Translations under genes and position numbers: made by a program
Source: Ministeria vibrans ATCC 50519
Lineage: Eukaryota; Protista; Filasterea
Reading direction: 5' to 3'
DNA length: 54,852 bases
Assembly (NCBI GenBank): GCA_943704425.1
Contig: CALSCP010000760.1
Coordinates: 1 to 54,852 of the forward strand
The notes under the pieces: generated by a model
Told to the model about the DNA's origin: nothing
The model's input: only the letters and a program-made list of their open reading frames with translations
Databases searched by the model: none
Part shown: piece after piece, positions 33,646 through 45,215 of the stretch
Layout: the number at the start of each line of letters is the position of its first letter
How positions within the stretch are numbered: the first letter of the stretch is position 1

Positions 33646-36260
33646 GCGGCGGAATGACTGACACTCCAGCGATAAGGCAACATTGACGAGTGGGCGGGGG
33701 GTCAGTCGATAAGGAGGTGTGTGGTAATAGGACTGGCAGACNNNNNNNNNNCAAAAAAAAAAAAAAAAAAACAACGCGTACCGCAAAACTCTATCACCGC
33801 ACGCCTTGCCCTGTCGTGTTTTCGGATTGCTTGCTTGGATATGTTGGATGTGTTGAGGGTGTTGGTGCCGGGTCAAGGGAGGGAGCGAGGGAGAGAGACA
33901 CGAAGGGAACGGTGTTAGACTCAAACGACTCCTTTGGCGCTGCAGGAGAGCAAGCCTGACCTGCCCGAGGCCATCGACGAGGAGCATCGAACAGAGACGC
34001 TCAAGACTGGCGATGTCATCTACACCGGTGAGCATTGCATTGCATGTTTTTTTGAGGTGTGAGACTCACACAACCACTGAATCCCTTTTCCCTCTCCCCC
34101 GACAGTCACCCTGCGGCGTGCGCGCTCGCATACCGGCGGTGTGACTGCGATGCAGCGGCGAGCGTCTTTACCGGCGGTCCCTACGAAGGTAACGAAGGAG
34201 GTGTTGCCGCCCGACTCGTTTCGTCCAGACTTTGATCAGCCTGTCGTTGGGACACTTGTGCGCAAATCTGTGCGTCAAAACCGCCAAGCGAACCTCCACG
34301 GGCAGGCGGGAGGCATGGGCCTTGATGCTATGGGAGATGTGGAGGAGGAAGAGGATCCGGACGAGAAACCGTTGTTGCGTATCATGGCCGAGAGCAGCCA
34401 GAATGCTGTCTCCATGACCTCGCCTCCCAACTCGCCGCATATACCGCGCACACCCAGTCGCACAATAGCACCCATCACGGCGGTTGTCGAGGACTGGCGC
34501 GAAGTCAACCGTGTCATTCGCTGTGCGCCCGTTCACCTGCTTATTGCTGCTCTTGCGCCTTGTGCCTTGACTAGCAACGATCTCTACGTACGCATGTTCT
34601 TTGTCACCTACCGCTCCTTCACAACGCCCCGCGTTGTCTGCGCCTATCTTCTTCACCATTTTGTTGCACCCGAAGATGCCCTTCCCCACGTCGACTCGGA
34701 CTCGGGCAAGAAACTCGTTGTCGATGTCATTGGCGCACTCGAATCACGCTCCACAGACAACATCGACATTCCCAGTGTTCCCATCGACACAGCACACACC
34801 CACCATCACGACGACACGCACTCCCATAGTAGCCACTACCACCAGCCGCATTACACCGATAGCCCTGCAAAGTCCGACTTCATCCTCGCTGACTACCCCG
34901 CTTCGCCCCGACGTAAGAAAACTCATTAGCAACATGCAATACTCTTGTCGTCTAGACACCACGCCAAGTCATTGATACCTTTTTTTTTGAATGGGTAGAT
35001 GGGCGACTGAATGGTGAGAATGGAGGGACGTCAGGTAGACGTCAACAACAAGAAGAGACGCGCGAGACGACTGTGCGCACTCGCGTTGCATTGGCCTTTC
35101 TTGCTTGGGTTGATTGTGTGTCGCATGACTTTGCCGACGAAGCGGGTCGCGAGTGTCTGTACTGGATTGGTATTTTTGTGCGCACGCACTGTCGCGAACA
35201 CCAGTGCACTCTGAAAATTGCCGAACACATTCAATCACTGCTCACCAACATCCGCCCAAGTCCCGCCTGTGCCGAGGGTCGTCTTGCATCGCTGCTCAAC
35301 GACCCCCCTCACGCCATTGACGGCGACGAGGCTGGCCTTGCCCGCTATCATCGCCCATTTCCCTCGGTCGCCACCCTCAATGAGCAACGCACCACATCCA
35401 CTACCTCCTCTTGCCCAACGATCACTGACGAGTCTTTCACCACCGAGTCCATCTCGACCATGAGTGGCTACGACGATGACTCATCGAGCACCGGTTCCAC
35501 CACGCTCAAGCACCACCATCACCTTCACAAGGGCGCAGCGACCATCACAGCAAACCCCCTCTCACGTCATATATCTCTGTGCGACTGGCAAGCAACCGAA
35601 ATTGCCTCGCAACTTATGCTCGCCGATGCCACACTCTACCTCTCGCTTGTCCCCAACGAGCTCTTCGGCGGCGCATTCTCTCGCAAGGATAAGCGTACGG
35701 GCGCCGCCTCTGTCTTCGCCACTATTGACCATTTCAATCGTCTCACAAGCGCCGTTTGTGCCGAAATCCTCTCACTTGACACGCCCGAACTACGCGCGCG
35801 TCTCATCCAGTTTCTCATTGATGTTGCCGTCGAGCTGCGCAAGCTGAACGACTTTACTTCTCTCAAAGTACGCAATAATAATAATAACGTCATAATATAT
35901 TAATGATAATAATATTACTGTTAATAATAATAATATAATAATAATAATATTGGGGGGGTTAATAGGGAGTTGTTTCGGCGTTGCAAACGCAACCGGTCTA
36001 CCGGCTGAAGCGGTCATGGGAAGGTGTCTCTAAGGACCACATTGCAGCACTGCGCTCGCTTGAGAAGATACTCTCAGAGGCCAAGAACATGACAGCACTC
36101 AGAGAGGCACTGATGGCGACCAGGTATGGAGGAGAGGAGAGAGACAAGAAATAGAAACATCACCAAAGTGAGAGAATGAAGTTCAAACGATAGGTTCAAG
36201 AATGAGAGACAGACAGATAGAGAAGAGAGAGAGAGAGAGAGGAGGAAGAAAGAAACAAAG

Positions 36261-36297
<37 letters not shown>

Positions 36298-36313
36298 GAA
36301 GAAAGAAACAAAG

Positions 36314-36352
<39 letters not shown>

Positions 36353-38205
36353 GAAGAAAGAAACAAAGTGATAGAGAGTGTGTGTGTATGTGTGTGTGAT
36401 ACTGATGCCTTTTTTTCTCTCGCGCAGTCCGCCTTGTGTTCCTTACTTGGGTGTCTTTTTGACCGACTTGACAATGATTGACACAAAATATGACAATGTC
36501 GTTGACGGTAAGGCGAGACACAAGGATGAGCGTGTGAGTCGCTCACATTACACGTTGTTTTAATATAGGTCGAATCAACTTTGAGAAGCGACGAAAGGAA
36601 TTCGAAGTGATTGAGCAGATTTTGTGGTGGAAACAGAACCTTCAGAGTGGTGTGATTGAGCGGACGCACATCAACAGCGTGTTTCAGCAGTGGTTGCGCT
36701 GTGCTCCTCCTTACTCTGATGTTGTTGCGTACGACTTGTCATTGTTGCGCGAGCCCAAAGTCGAAAATGTGCGAAGAAGAAAAAAAAAACAAAAATTATA
36801 GAGAGAGATGAGAGAGATGAGAGAGCGGGTCTGCTGATATATACATTTATAATATTTTTGGTGTGTGTAGGTCTCGTCTATGCATGACATTCCAGCATCG
36901 ACGCCCCTGTCACCACCCCCCGCACCACCGCCCACCGCCACCACCACCTCATCACCCCCGACGGAGAGCAAGCCTCCGTGCAACATTGGCATTGACGACC
37001 CCACTTCTCAGTCACGCATGCCTGTGTCCCCTCGTCGCCAGACCGAACTGCAGCAACAGAACACAGAACCCATCTTTTACGCTCTCCCATCCGTTGTGCC
37101 TGCTCCTCGTTCCTCCAGCGACCGCCGTCTTTCCATTACAGAGGTAAGAACCATTAGAACAATGACAAGAGACAGGCTATATTGATGTTTTCTTTCGAAT
37201 GGCTTGCATAGGACGAAGCGAATGAGAGTGATCATGACAAACAAGAACGCATCAGAGTAAATTTATAGTTTTGGTGCACAAACTTTCACACTCTTACTTT
37301 TATTATTATTATTTTTCGCCAGCAATCGATCAGTGGAGGACGAGTCGTACGTGTGTCGCTGGACCGCAATCGACTGCGCGACTACCGCTCTATTGTAGTG
37401 GAAGAGACCAGTTCGTGCTCGTGGGTCATTGAGCGATCCATCGAAGTACGTGAACGATTGAGTTGATATGATATGGCGGTTAGGATTTTTCCTGTTGTAC
37501 TGATGATGCGTGCATGTATGTGTGTGTGTGTGTAGAAGTACAATTTGGAGAGTGAAGTGGGAGAGCATGTGCTGTCCATGGTCATCAGCACAACAACCAA
37601 AGGGCGTGAGCTGCAAGCAACATCGGTGGGTTCGCCCGTCAGTGAAGAAGCACTTGTGTGGCCGCTGGTGGATGTGGGCTCGTCGCGCTTTGTGCTTGAG
37701 TCGCGTATCATGTACACACAGCAGTGTGAAGGAACTCGTCGTCGTCTTCACAAGAAGAACTCGCTGGGACTCCGTTCGCGCGTTAAGCCATCGTCACCTC
37801 CGTCTCAGCTCTCCGCAATGCATGAGCTCACTATTGAGGAGGAGGTATCAACATTAAGTGTAATGTGTGTTGTGTGTTGTGTGTTTACTCAGTTTCATTC
37901 TGTGATCAGCATCCGGCCGTGGACAGATTGAACATTGAAGACGGCAGTGTAACCTCTCGATCCAACAGCAAGCGAGATGGTTAGAGTTAATATTGATGTG
38001 TTATTGATTTGAAAACAGTGCAAAACTGACTTTGATCCCTTCCTTTCATTTTTCTTTCTTGATTGTAGCGAGTCGGTTTAACACAATGTTTCGCAAGAAG
38101 AAAGACTCCACGACAGTACGTTTTTTTCTTTTTCTTCTTCTTTTTTTTTGAATGTTCTTTGTTTGTTTCTTGCAGAGCGGCAGCTGCGGCGCAGACCTTT
38201 CATGA
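33457..38205 (+). CDS. RasGEF with REM, CDC25 and C-terminal Ras-association (RA) domain; RalGDS/RGL-like architecture
   Basis: REM: YVRMFFVTYRSFTTP and RVALAFLAWV...DF. CDC25: EIASQL, IDHFNRL, LNDFTSL, VYRLKRSW, PPCVPYLGVFLTDL, INFEKRRKEFEVI. RA exons at 37323-37445 and 37536-37706. Phase-consistent terminal exons end at TGA 38203-38205. Confidence 0.85.
33613..33741. repeat. Poly-T plus 99-bp sequence, copy 2 (abuts N gap)
   Basis: Exact copy of 30429-30527, ending at the N run at 33742. Confidence 0.95.
36205..36380 (+). repeat. Compound satellite GAAAGAAACAAAGTGATA(GA)n
   Basis: Three tandem units inside a RasGEF intron. Confidence 0.9.
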
Positions 38206-38594
38206 GACCTATACTGAATACTCCTTAGAACGATCATCATTATCATGTGTAACTTGTGAACTTACATACAAACGTAAATAATAATAATAATAATAAGAAA
38301 AATAAGTAGAGAATCAAGAGCTGTACTCAATGTCAAAACAAAAGTATTATTATCAATTAAGTTCGACAATCGACATTCTTCATTCATTTTTCGTATGCAA
38401 TAAATGATGGACTGCAAAAGACATTGAAGTGATAATTGAACTCATCTCTGGTTTGGAATTCAACTTTTCACCATTACCCACTAATATCCAGTGAAGCCTG
38501 GTCAGTAGAATAAGAGTGATTGTTAATCATTTAATTCACATTGTAATGTTTGTTTTCTTTTGTTTGTATTCACTTCATTTGACTCTATTAGAAA

Positions 38595-39268
38595 ATGACC
38601 AAAGCGGACGATTTTCTTGCAAAACTCACCGATCTGTACGGGAAGTATGGCGGAAAGGCGTATGGGAAGTCGCCTGTGACAAACCTGCAGCACTCGCTTC
38701 AGGTTCGGCGCAGTCAAGAGCGACCTCTGCACTTGCTAACTCCCCCACTTCCACAGGCTGCGCTGCTGGCCCAGAACGAAGACGGACGGCGCGAAATGGT
38801 CGTGGCGGCACTTCTACACGACGTGGGCCACCTTGTGGAGCCCGAAGAGGAGTACGAGAAGGAGCATCCCGACGAGGATTTCGCGCATGAGACGCTCGCC
38901 GTCGGCCTGTTGGGTGCCTTTTTGCCGCCTGCCGTGGTCGAGCCCATCCGCCTGCACGTCGACGCCAAACGCTACCTCGTTGCTGTTGACAAGAGCTACT
39001 ATGACATTCTCAGTGGGGTGTCGCACGTGACGCTCAAGTTGCAAGGGGGGCCGTTCAACGCCGAGCAAGGTCCGATCGATCACACTCAACTCATCCCAAA
39101 CATTGATCATTCGTACTTTCAGTCGCCGAATTTGAGAGAAATCCCTTCTGGAGGGATGCCGTTCAGCTGCGCAAGTGGGACGATCGGGCCAAGACTGAGG
39201 GGCTTGTGACACCGTCGCTCGCGGATTATATGCCGCTCATTCGTGAGTGTCTCATCGCGCAAGAGTAG
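38595..39268 (+). CDS. phnZ: HD-domain di-iron oxygenase, PhnZ / phosphonate-degradation-associated family, 3 exons
   Basis: QHSLQ|AA, AALLHDVGH, HE, HVDAKRYL, LSGVSHVTLKLQGG and LRKWDDRAK. Introns 38703-38756 (with CTAAC branch) and about 39070-39122. TAG at 39266-39268. Confidence 0.88.
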
Positions 39269-39319
39269 TAAAAGTATTACATACTTATAATCATAAATCA
39301 TTCATTCTCCTCGATACTC

Positions 39320-42132
39320 ATGCTCTTCAAACTTGCCATATTCACCGCTTCTCTGGCAGTTGTTTTTGCTGCTCCAAAGTGGGAGCGCACGAAATGTGGT
39401 GTAGAGGATCAAATATCGGAGGTACGACATCAATATGAATGTAAACAAACTTTGAAAATGCGTCTCTCTCACTCAGTGGGGCCGGTTGATCGACCCCTAC
39501 TCCAAGCCGGTGCTGCCAGACTACCCTAGACCCATGATGGCGCGGACAGACTGGAAGAATCTCAACGGCCTGTGGGAGTTTGAGCCGTTGGACGAGACGC
39601 CGCAACAGCCGCCTTTTGGGCGTGCGCTCAACGAGACCATTCTGGTGCCGTTTCCCGTCGAGTCGTGCCTCTCGGGCATCGGCCACACCCATATGCACAT
39701 GCTCTACCGTCTTGTCACGGATCGCCCTGCGGTCTGGAGCGACCAGTCGACTCTGTTGCACTTTGGCGCTGTCGACTGGAACACTACGGTGTGGGTGAAC
39801 GGCCAGCGCGTCGGCGACCACTCCGGCGGCTTTGACCCTTTCTACTTTGACGTATCCCGCTTTCTCAAAGACACCGGCAACGAAATATTTGTCTATGTAG
39901 GTCGAAAAAGCAGACCAACTCCGACAACTGAACACACTCTCTGTCTCTGCTGCAGGTATACGATCCGTCCGACTCTGGCGCACAGCCCAATGGCAAACAG
40001 CGCATTTCAGCCATCGGCAAACCTGGCGGCGACACTTATACCCCCGCCAGTGGCATCTGGCAGACCGTCTGGCTCGAACCTGTACCGGCGACGGGTTCCA
40101 TCGCCTCTCTCACAATGGTTCCCACACTCGACCGCATTTTCATCACTGTCCACTCCACCGACTCCTCCGCAGCACCCGTTACCATTACCCTCAACCCCAC
40201 GCCATCTATCTACACCCTCAATTCCACACCACTTTTGTTGTCCGCTCCGCTATCGTTCACTGGCCAGGCCAATCACCCGATCGAAGTGATTCCGCCGAAC
40301 CCGCAGCTGTGGTCGCCCCACTCCCCGTTTCTCTACAATTTTACTGCAACCCTCAACAAGGATATCATTTCCTCCTACTTTGGCCTTCGCACCATCACAC
40401 TAGGCAGTCGCATTCCGTTTCCCGACACAGAGGCCACCAATGCGCAACCAGGCAACACAACGCAACACAACACAACACAACACAACACAACACAACACAA
40501 CACAACACAACACAACACAACACAACACAACACAACACAACACAACACAACGCAACATACATAAATTAATTATAATTATTGTTACTTTGTTCTTCCTCTT
40601 TCTCTCAACCTTGCCTCTCTATTTTACTTGTAGGAATCGACCGAGGCGGCGGTGATCTGCCAGGTTACCCCATCACCCTCTCGAGCGAGTCCAACTACTC
40701 GACGTGCGAATCACTCTGTCGCCAGTCCTCTCAGTGCTTTGCTTGGGCCTATGGCCTGCCCACCTCCGACTGCCATGAGAAGCCCCTGTGTTGGCTCAAG
40801 GGTCCTTCCTACGGCGCACCCCATCCCGACCACTGCCGAGTCAGTGGCGTCCTCCGCTCCTCCCCACAAGATGCGGTTGTGCGTGAGCCCCATCTCAACG
40901 GAAAACCCATCTTCTTTGCAGGTCCGTCTAACTTCCGTCTAACCCTAACTCGTACCCTAAAAAAAATTTACCCGCTCGTCCCTTAAAGGATGGCTTGACC
41001 AGTCGTATTGGCCCGATGGCATCTACACTGCGCCCACCGATGATGCACTGCGCTTTGACCTTGAAGTAGTGGGCACATTCGGTCTCAACACTGTGCGTCT
41101 ACACCAAAAGCACAACGCACAGCGTTGGTATTTGTGGGCCGATCGTCTGGGCATTCTCATCATGCAAGACGTCCCCCAAAAGGTACACCTAATCTGCTGA
41201 CACTGATAATGACTCCTCACCCTCTCTCTCACACACACACAATCAGTTTCTCACCCACTAACTCGCCACAGTGCATTCTCTCTCCCCTTCCGACTGACAT
41301 ATATTACATCCTCCTCACTCACTTTGCGTAGTATGGCCATGCATCTCCCGCCACTGTTCCTTTCCTTTTGTCCGACCTCTCTCTGATGTTCAAAGCGCGT
41401 TTTAATCATCCTTCCATCATTCAATGGGAACTGTTTAATGAGGGAGACTGCTGGAAGCAATTCAATGTGGTATGCTCCCTGCACCCATGAGAGTCTCACT
41501 TTCACACCGCTCTCTGTCTTGTCGTTCTCTTAGACATCTGTGATTGAAATGGCGCGCAAACTAGACCCCACACGACTGATTGACACGGACAGCGGTGGAG
41601 ATGCCAACGACTACCACCAGGCCGACGTCAACGACATTCACACCTACCCTTATCCGCGTCTCACTGAGCCATCCCACTCGTAAGCACACACTAAGCACAC
41701 ACACTAAGCACACACTAAGCAACACACTCGCACAACTCTCCCCATTTTTTTTGCCTTTTTCAGTCAGTATGCTATGATTGGTGAGTTTGGTGGGATTGGT
41801 GCGTTTGTCGCTGGCAAGGAGTGGGTTGCCAATAAGTGCCATACTTATCTCAAAGTGGACACACCGCTGTTGGAAGCAAACACTTACAGTAGGAACCAAA
41901 CGCACACTCCCTGCAGGGTGTTTGACCAAGTTGTTCTTTTCTAGTCAATATGACACGCACCATTGCGACGTACCATCATGCAATTTCAGCCACGATATAC
42001 ACGCAAATCACGGATGTGGAGCTCGAATGCGATGGGTTCCTCAACTATGATCGCACACACAAGTTTGATGCGCCCACCATCAAGGCAGTCCACGATGCCA
42101 ATATCGCAATGATTGGTGATCGTACGGGCTAA
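39320..42132 (+). CDS. Secreted glycoside hydrolase family 2 (bacterial-type, beta-galactofuranosidase/beta-galactosidase-like) with inserted PAN/apple domain
   Basis: Signal peptide MLFKLAIFTASLAVVFA. Motifs YPRP...WKNLNGLWEF, VPFPVES, LHFGAVDW, SGIWQTVWLE, LWSPHSPFLY, YFGLR, LDQSYWPDGIYTAP, NHPSIIQWELFNE (acid/base), IGEFGG (nucleophile), YTQITDVELE. Confidence 0.9.
40453..40557 (+). repeat. (CAACA)n pentanucleotide microsatellite in GH2 intron
   Basis: About 20 near-perfect units. Confidence 0.95.
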
Positions 42133-42271
42133 AATTCGACTCAGTTGTTACTTGTTACTCACATTTGTTAGTACACGACCATATTACATTGTTGGTTTTA
42201 CAAAAATGAAAGTAGGTCTAATCCATTAAGTAGTCTGCGCGACTGAATAATCATTAGAATTTTTTTTTTCT

Positions 42272-44402
42272 ATGTCTTGCCTGAGAGCACTTCGAGCTCT
42301 TTTCGCACCCCATGATGACTTGAAGGGGCTTGATTTGCTGCGGCACAACACGAGGATAGCGCGGGCGATCCTTGGACTCCCGCTCGACAGTGACGATGAG
42401 ATTGATCACAACGAATCGTTTCGTCGCGTCGCCACTGCTGCCCTCGTCTCGCTGTGCCACGCCGATGCCATTGACAGCGACGACGACGACGATGACGACG
42501 ACGACGACGATGGTGATGATGATGGCAGGGAGAACGGCCCGCATCAGCCTCGACTGACGGGCGCGCAGGACGTTCAGAATGTTCGGCGTGCACTCGACTG
42601 TCTTGCGACATGGTGGCTGTTTCCCGCCCTTCCCGACGGTGTAGGAGTGTCTATTGCGGCGCGTACGAGCAATGGATCGGACAAGGACGCTCCAACGCGA
42701 CTCCCAAACGCGCTTGACATGAACGAACTTGCCGAGTGCACTCGCGTGCTTCTCGCCTGCGTTGCCTCCACACGCATCCGGGAAATCACCCTCGACCACC
42801 ATCTTGTGGACATCCACGCGGCTGTATGCACGCTTGTGTTCCACGATAAAGAGCGCGCCGAGTGGCGCGAGGCTCTTGTACGCCTCAACAACAGTCTCGC
42901 TCCTTCGCTTGTGTTCGAGTCGCTCATGGAGCTCTCTCGTGCGCCTACCACTGCACCCTGGTTACGTCACATGTGCACCACCATGTTGTCGGCGACACTA
43001 CAGCGCCCAGGTGGCGTTGCATCGTTGCTCATGCGTATGCTTGACGAAACCACCCCGACCTTGACCGAGCGTGACTTTCGTGCTTTTCGCGACGCCAGTC
43101 GACACGTCGCTCAATGTCCACGGTCCACCCCTGACCCGGCCATATACTACCAACGTATTGCACCTCAAATACTGCGCATGTTGCGCACTCGCCGCTCCAC
43201 GGCACTTGGCCACAAGGTGGTGGCAGGCGCCTCGAGCATCGCCGTCGCCATGCTCCAGCGCCATCCTGACGCAGCCAAACTGCACCTCTTCCAGCCACTC
43301 TGGCGTCCCTTCTACTGCTTCTTTACGCCCATCAGCGAACTTGAAAAACAGCAGCAACAACAAGCGGAACAAGACGACGGCACAGCAAGCGACGACCATG
43401 TTCACGAGGTGCTTGTGGACGAACACGCCGTCGCCGCGTGTGTTGAAGACACTCATCGTCTCTTTGTCGCGGCCGATCCTCACCCGGCACTTACTGCTCT
43501 CATTGCTCACCTCATTCCATGTCTTTTTCGTCTCTACTGCTTCTGTCGTCGCGGTCGCAATGCCCTACAGTCAGCGTGCCTCGAGATTATCGAGACGTTC
43601 CTCAAGCGAACGGACGCCCCACAAGCGTACCGCACACTTGTCGCTCTTGCCATGCCCTTCACCACCTCTCATCACATGAATGGCGCCAATCCCGCTCGTC
43701 TGATTTTTTCCGCTGGCGACACCGGTGGTGTCTGTGTGCGTCTCGTGCCCACCACCGACGTGGCAACCTTTGACTTTGCATGGACCGCCGAGTCGGTTGC
43801 GACTGTCGTTGCGCGTCTCAAGTCCCATCGTGGTCTCGCCGGCGATCTCTTCCTTCACCTGTTGCAACACTACATGACAATGCGTAGCAATGCCGATGCA
43901 AGCCAAAGCAGCACCGCTGCAAAAGAAAAAATCAAGCGAGCAGAAGAGGAAGGGGCGCGGGAATTGAACGAGGGCGACAAGCGAATGGTTCTTCAGGTGT
44001 TGATTGCGCTTGACGATTCCATGGGAGCAGCTGTGCTCACCAACACTCCGCACGCGCTCACGTTCCTTGTCAACATGCTTGAAGATGGTCTTGCACGCCT
44101 CACGCGTGGTCCCCCTCCCTCCCAGCAACAGGGTCTGTCCAACATGGCCTCATCCACAACAAGCGACGACGCTGCTCTCCAAATGGCTCTGGGCCTCCTC
44201 GCACCACTCCTCCACCAAAGTGACGATAATGACTCGTCATCAACATCTTCATCGTTATCATCATCGTCATCGTCAGTGGCGGCCAATCGTGATCCCCGTG
44301 TGCTAGCCCGTGCCAGTGTTGTTGTGTCGCAGTTGGCAAAGAGACACCCCAGCGACGAAATCCGCTCTCTCTGTGCCACGATTGCGCTTTTTCTTGCTGC
44401 CA
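42272..44402 (+). CDS. TANGO6: TANGO6 / Rtp1 HEAT-repeat protein, exon 1
   Basis: APWLRHMCTTMLSATLQRPGGVASLL, YYQRIAPQILRML, CVEDTHRLF, LAGDLFLHLL. Ends at a phase-1 GTAAGA donor at 44403. Confidence 0.8.
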
Positions 44403-44479
44403 GTAAGAACGAACCAAAGGACACATTGAATCGAATAACATGAAAACGTTTTCATAATTCATGTTTTAATGCGTCGTTT

Positions 44480-44790
44480 TGTTTCTCTTTCTTTCTCTCT
44501 CTATCACTGTGTTTCTTTCTCCCTCCTCTCTTTCTCTATCACTTTGTTTCTTTCTCCCTCCTCTCTCTCTATCACTTTGTTTCTTTCTCTCTCCTCTCTC
44601 TCTAACACTTTGTTTCTCCCTCCTTTCTCTCTGTCACTTTGTTTCTTTCTCCTCTCTCTCTATCACTTTGTTTCTTCCTCCTCTCTCTATCACTTTGTTT
44701 CTTTCTCCCTCTTCTCTCTCTATCACTTTGTTTCTTTTTCCTCTCTCTCTCTCTCCCTCTCTCTCTCTCTCCCTCTCACTCTCTCTCTCT
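44480..44790 (-). repeat. Same compound satellite in reverse orientation, (CT)nATCACTTTGTTTCTTTC
   Basis: About 7 degenerate units just downstream of the TANGO6 donor. Confidence 0.9.
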
Positions 44791-44926
44791 CAAACTTGCA
44801 ACTTTTAATTATCATTAGTAATACACTTCTCGCGAATTGATACTAGAATTAGAATTGTTTGTCAGATTTCAAGATTGCAAATCGTGTAATGATGTTTATT
44901 GAGCAGCTCTCGATTCTCTATTTATA

Positions 44927-44978
<52 letters not shown>

Positions 44979-45215
44979 TTTAATATTGATATTATTATTT
45001 ATTAATGAATTATTCCGTTCTCAGAAATCTTCAAAAATCAATGAAACGTGCAAAAAAATTAATTAAAAGCCAATGGAATGATTTGAACAAAAAAAATTAA
45101 CACACAGATTACTCAAAAGTTGTGAATTAAAGAAAAAGAATGTATTTATTAGGCTATCTGCCCTCTGCCTCTCACTCACGTCTGTTTCTTTCCCCCTCCT
45201 CTCATTTATCTCTCT

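Noticed and set aside
38595-42132. Bacterial contamination as the source of the PhnZ and GH2 genes
   Set aside because: Both have several spliceosomal introns in the host style and are contiguous with eukaryotic genes with no gap between.
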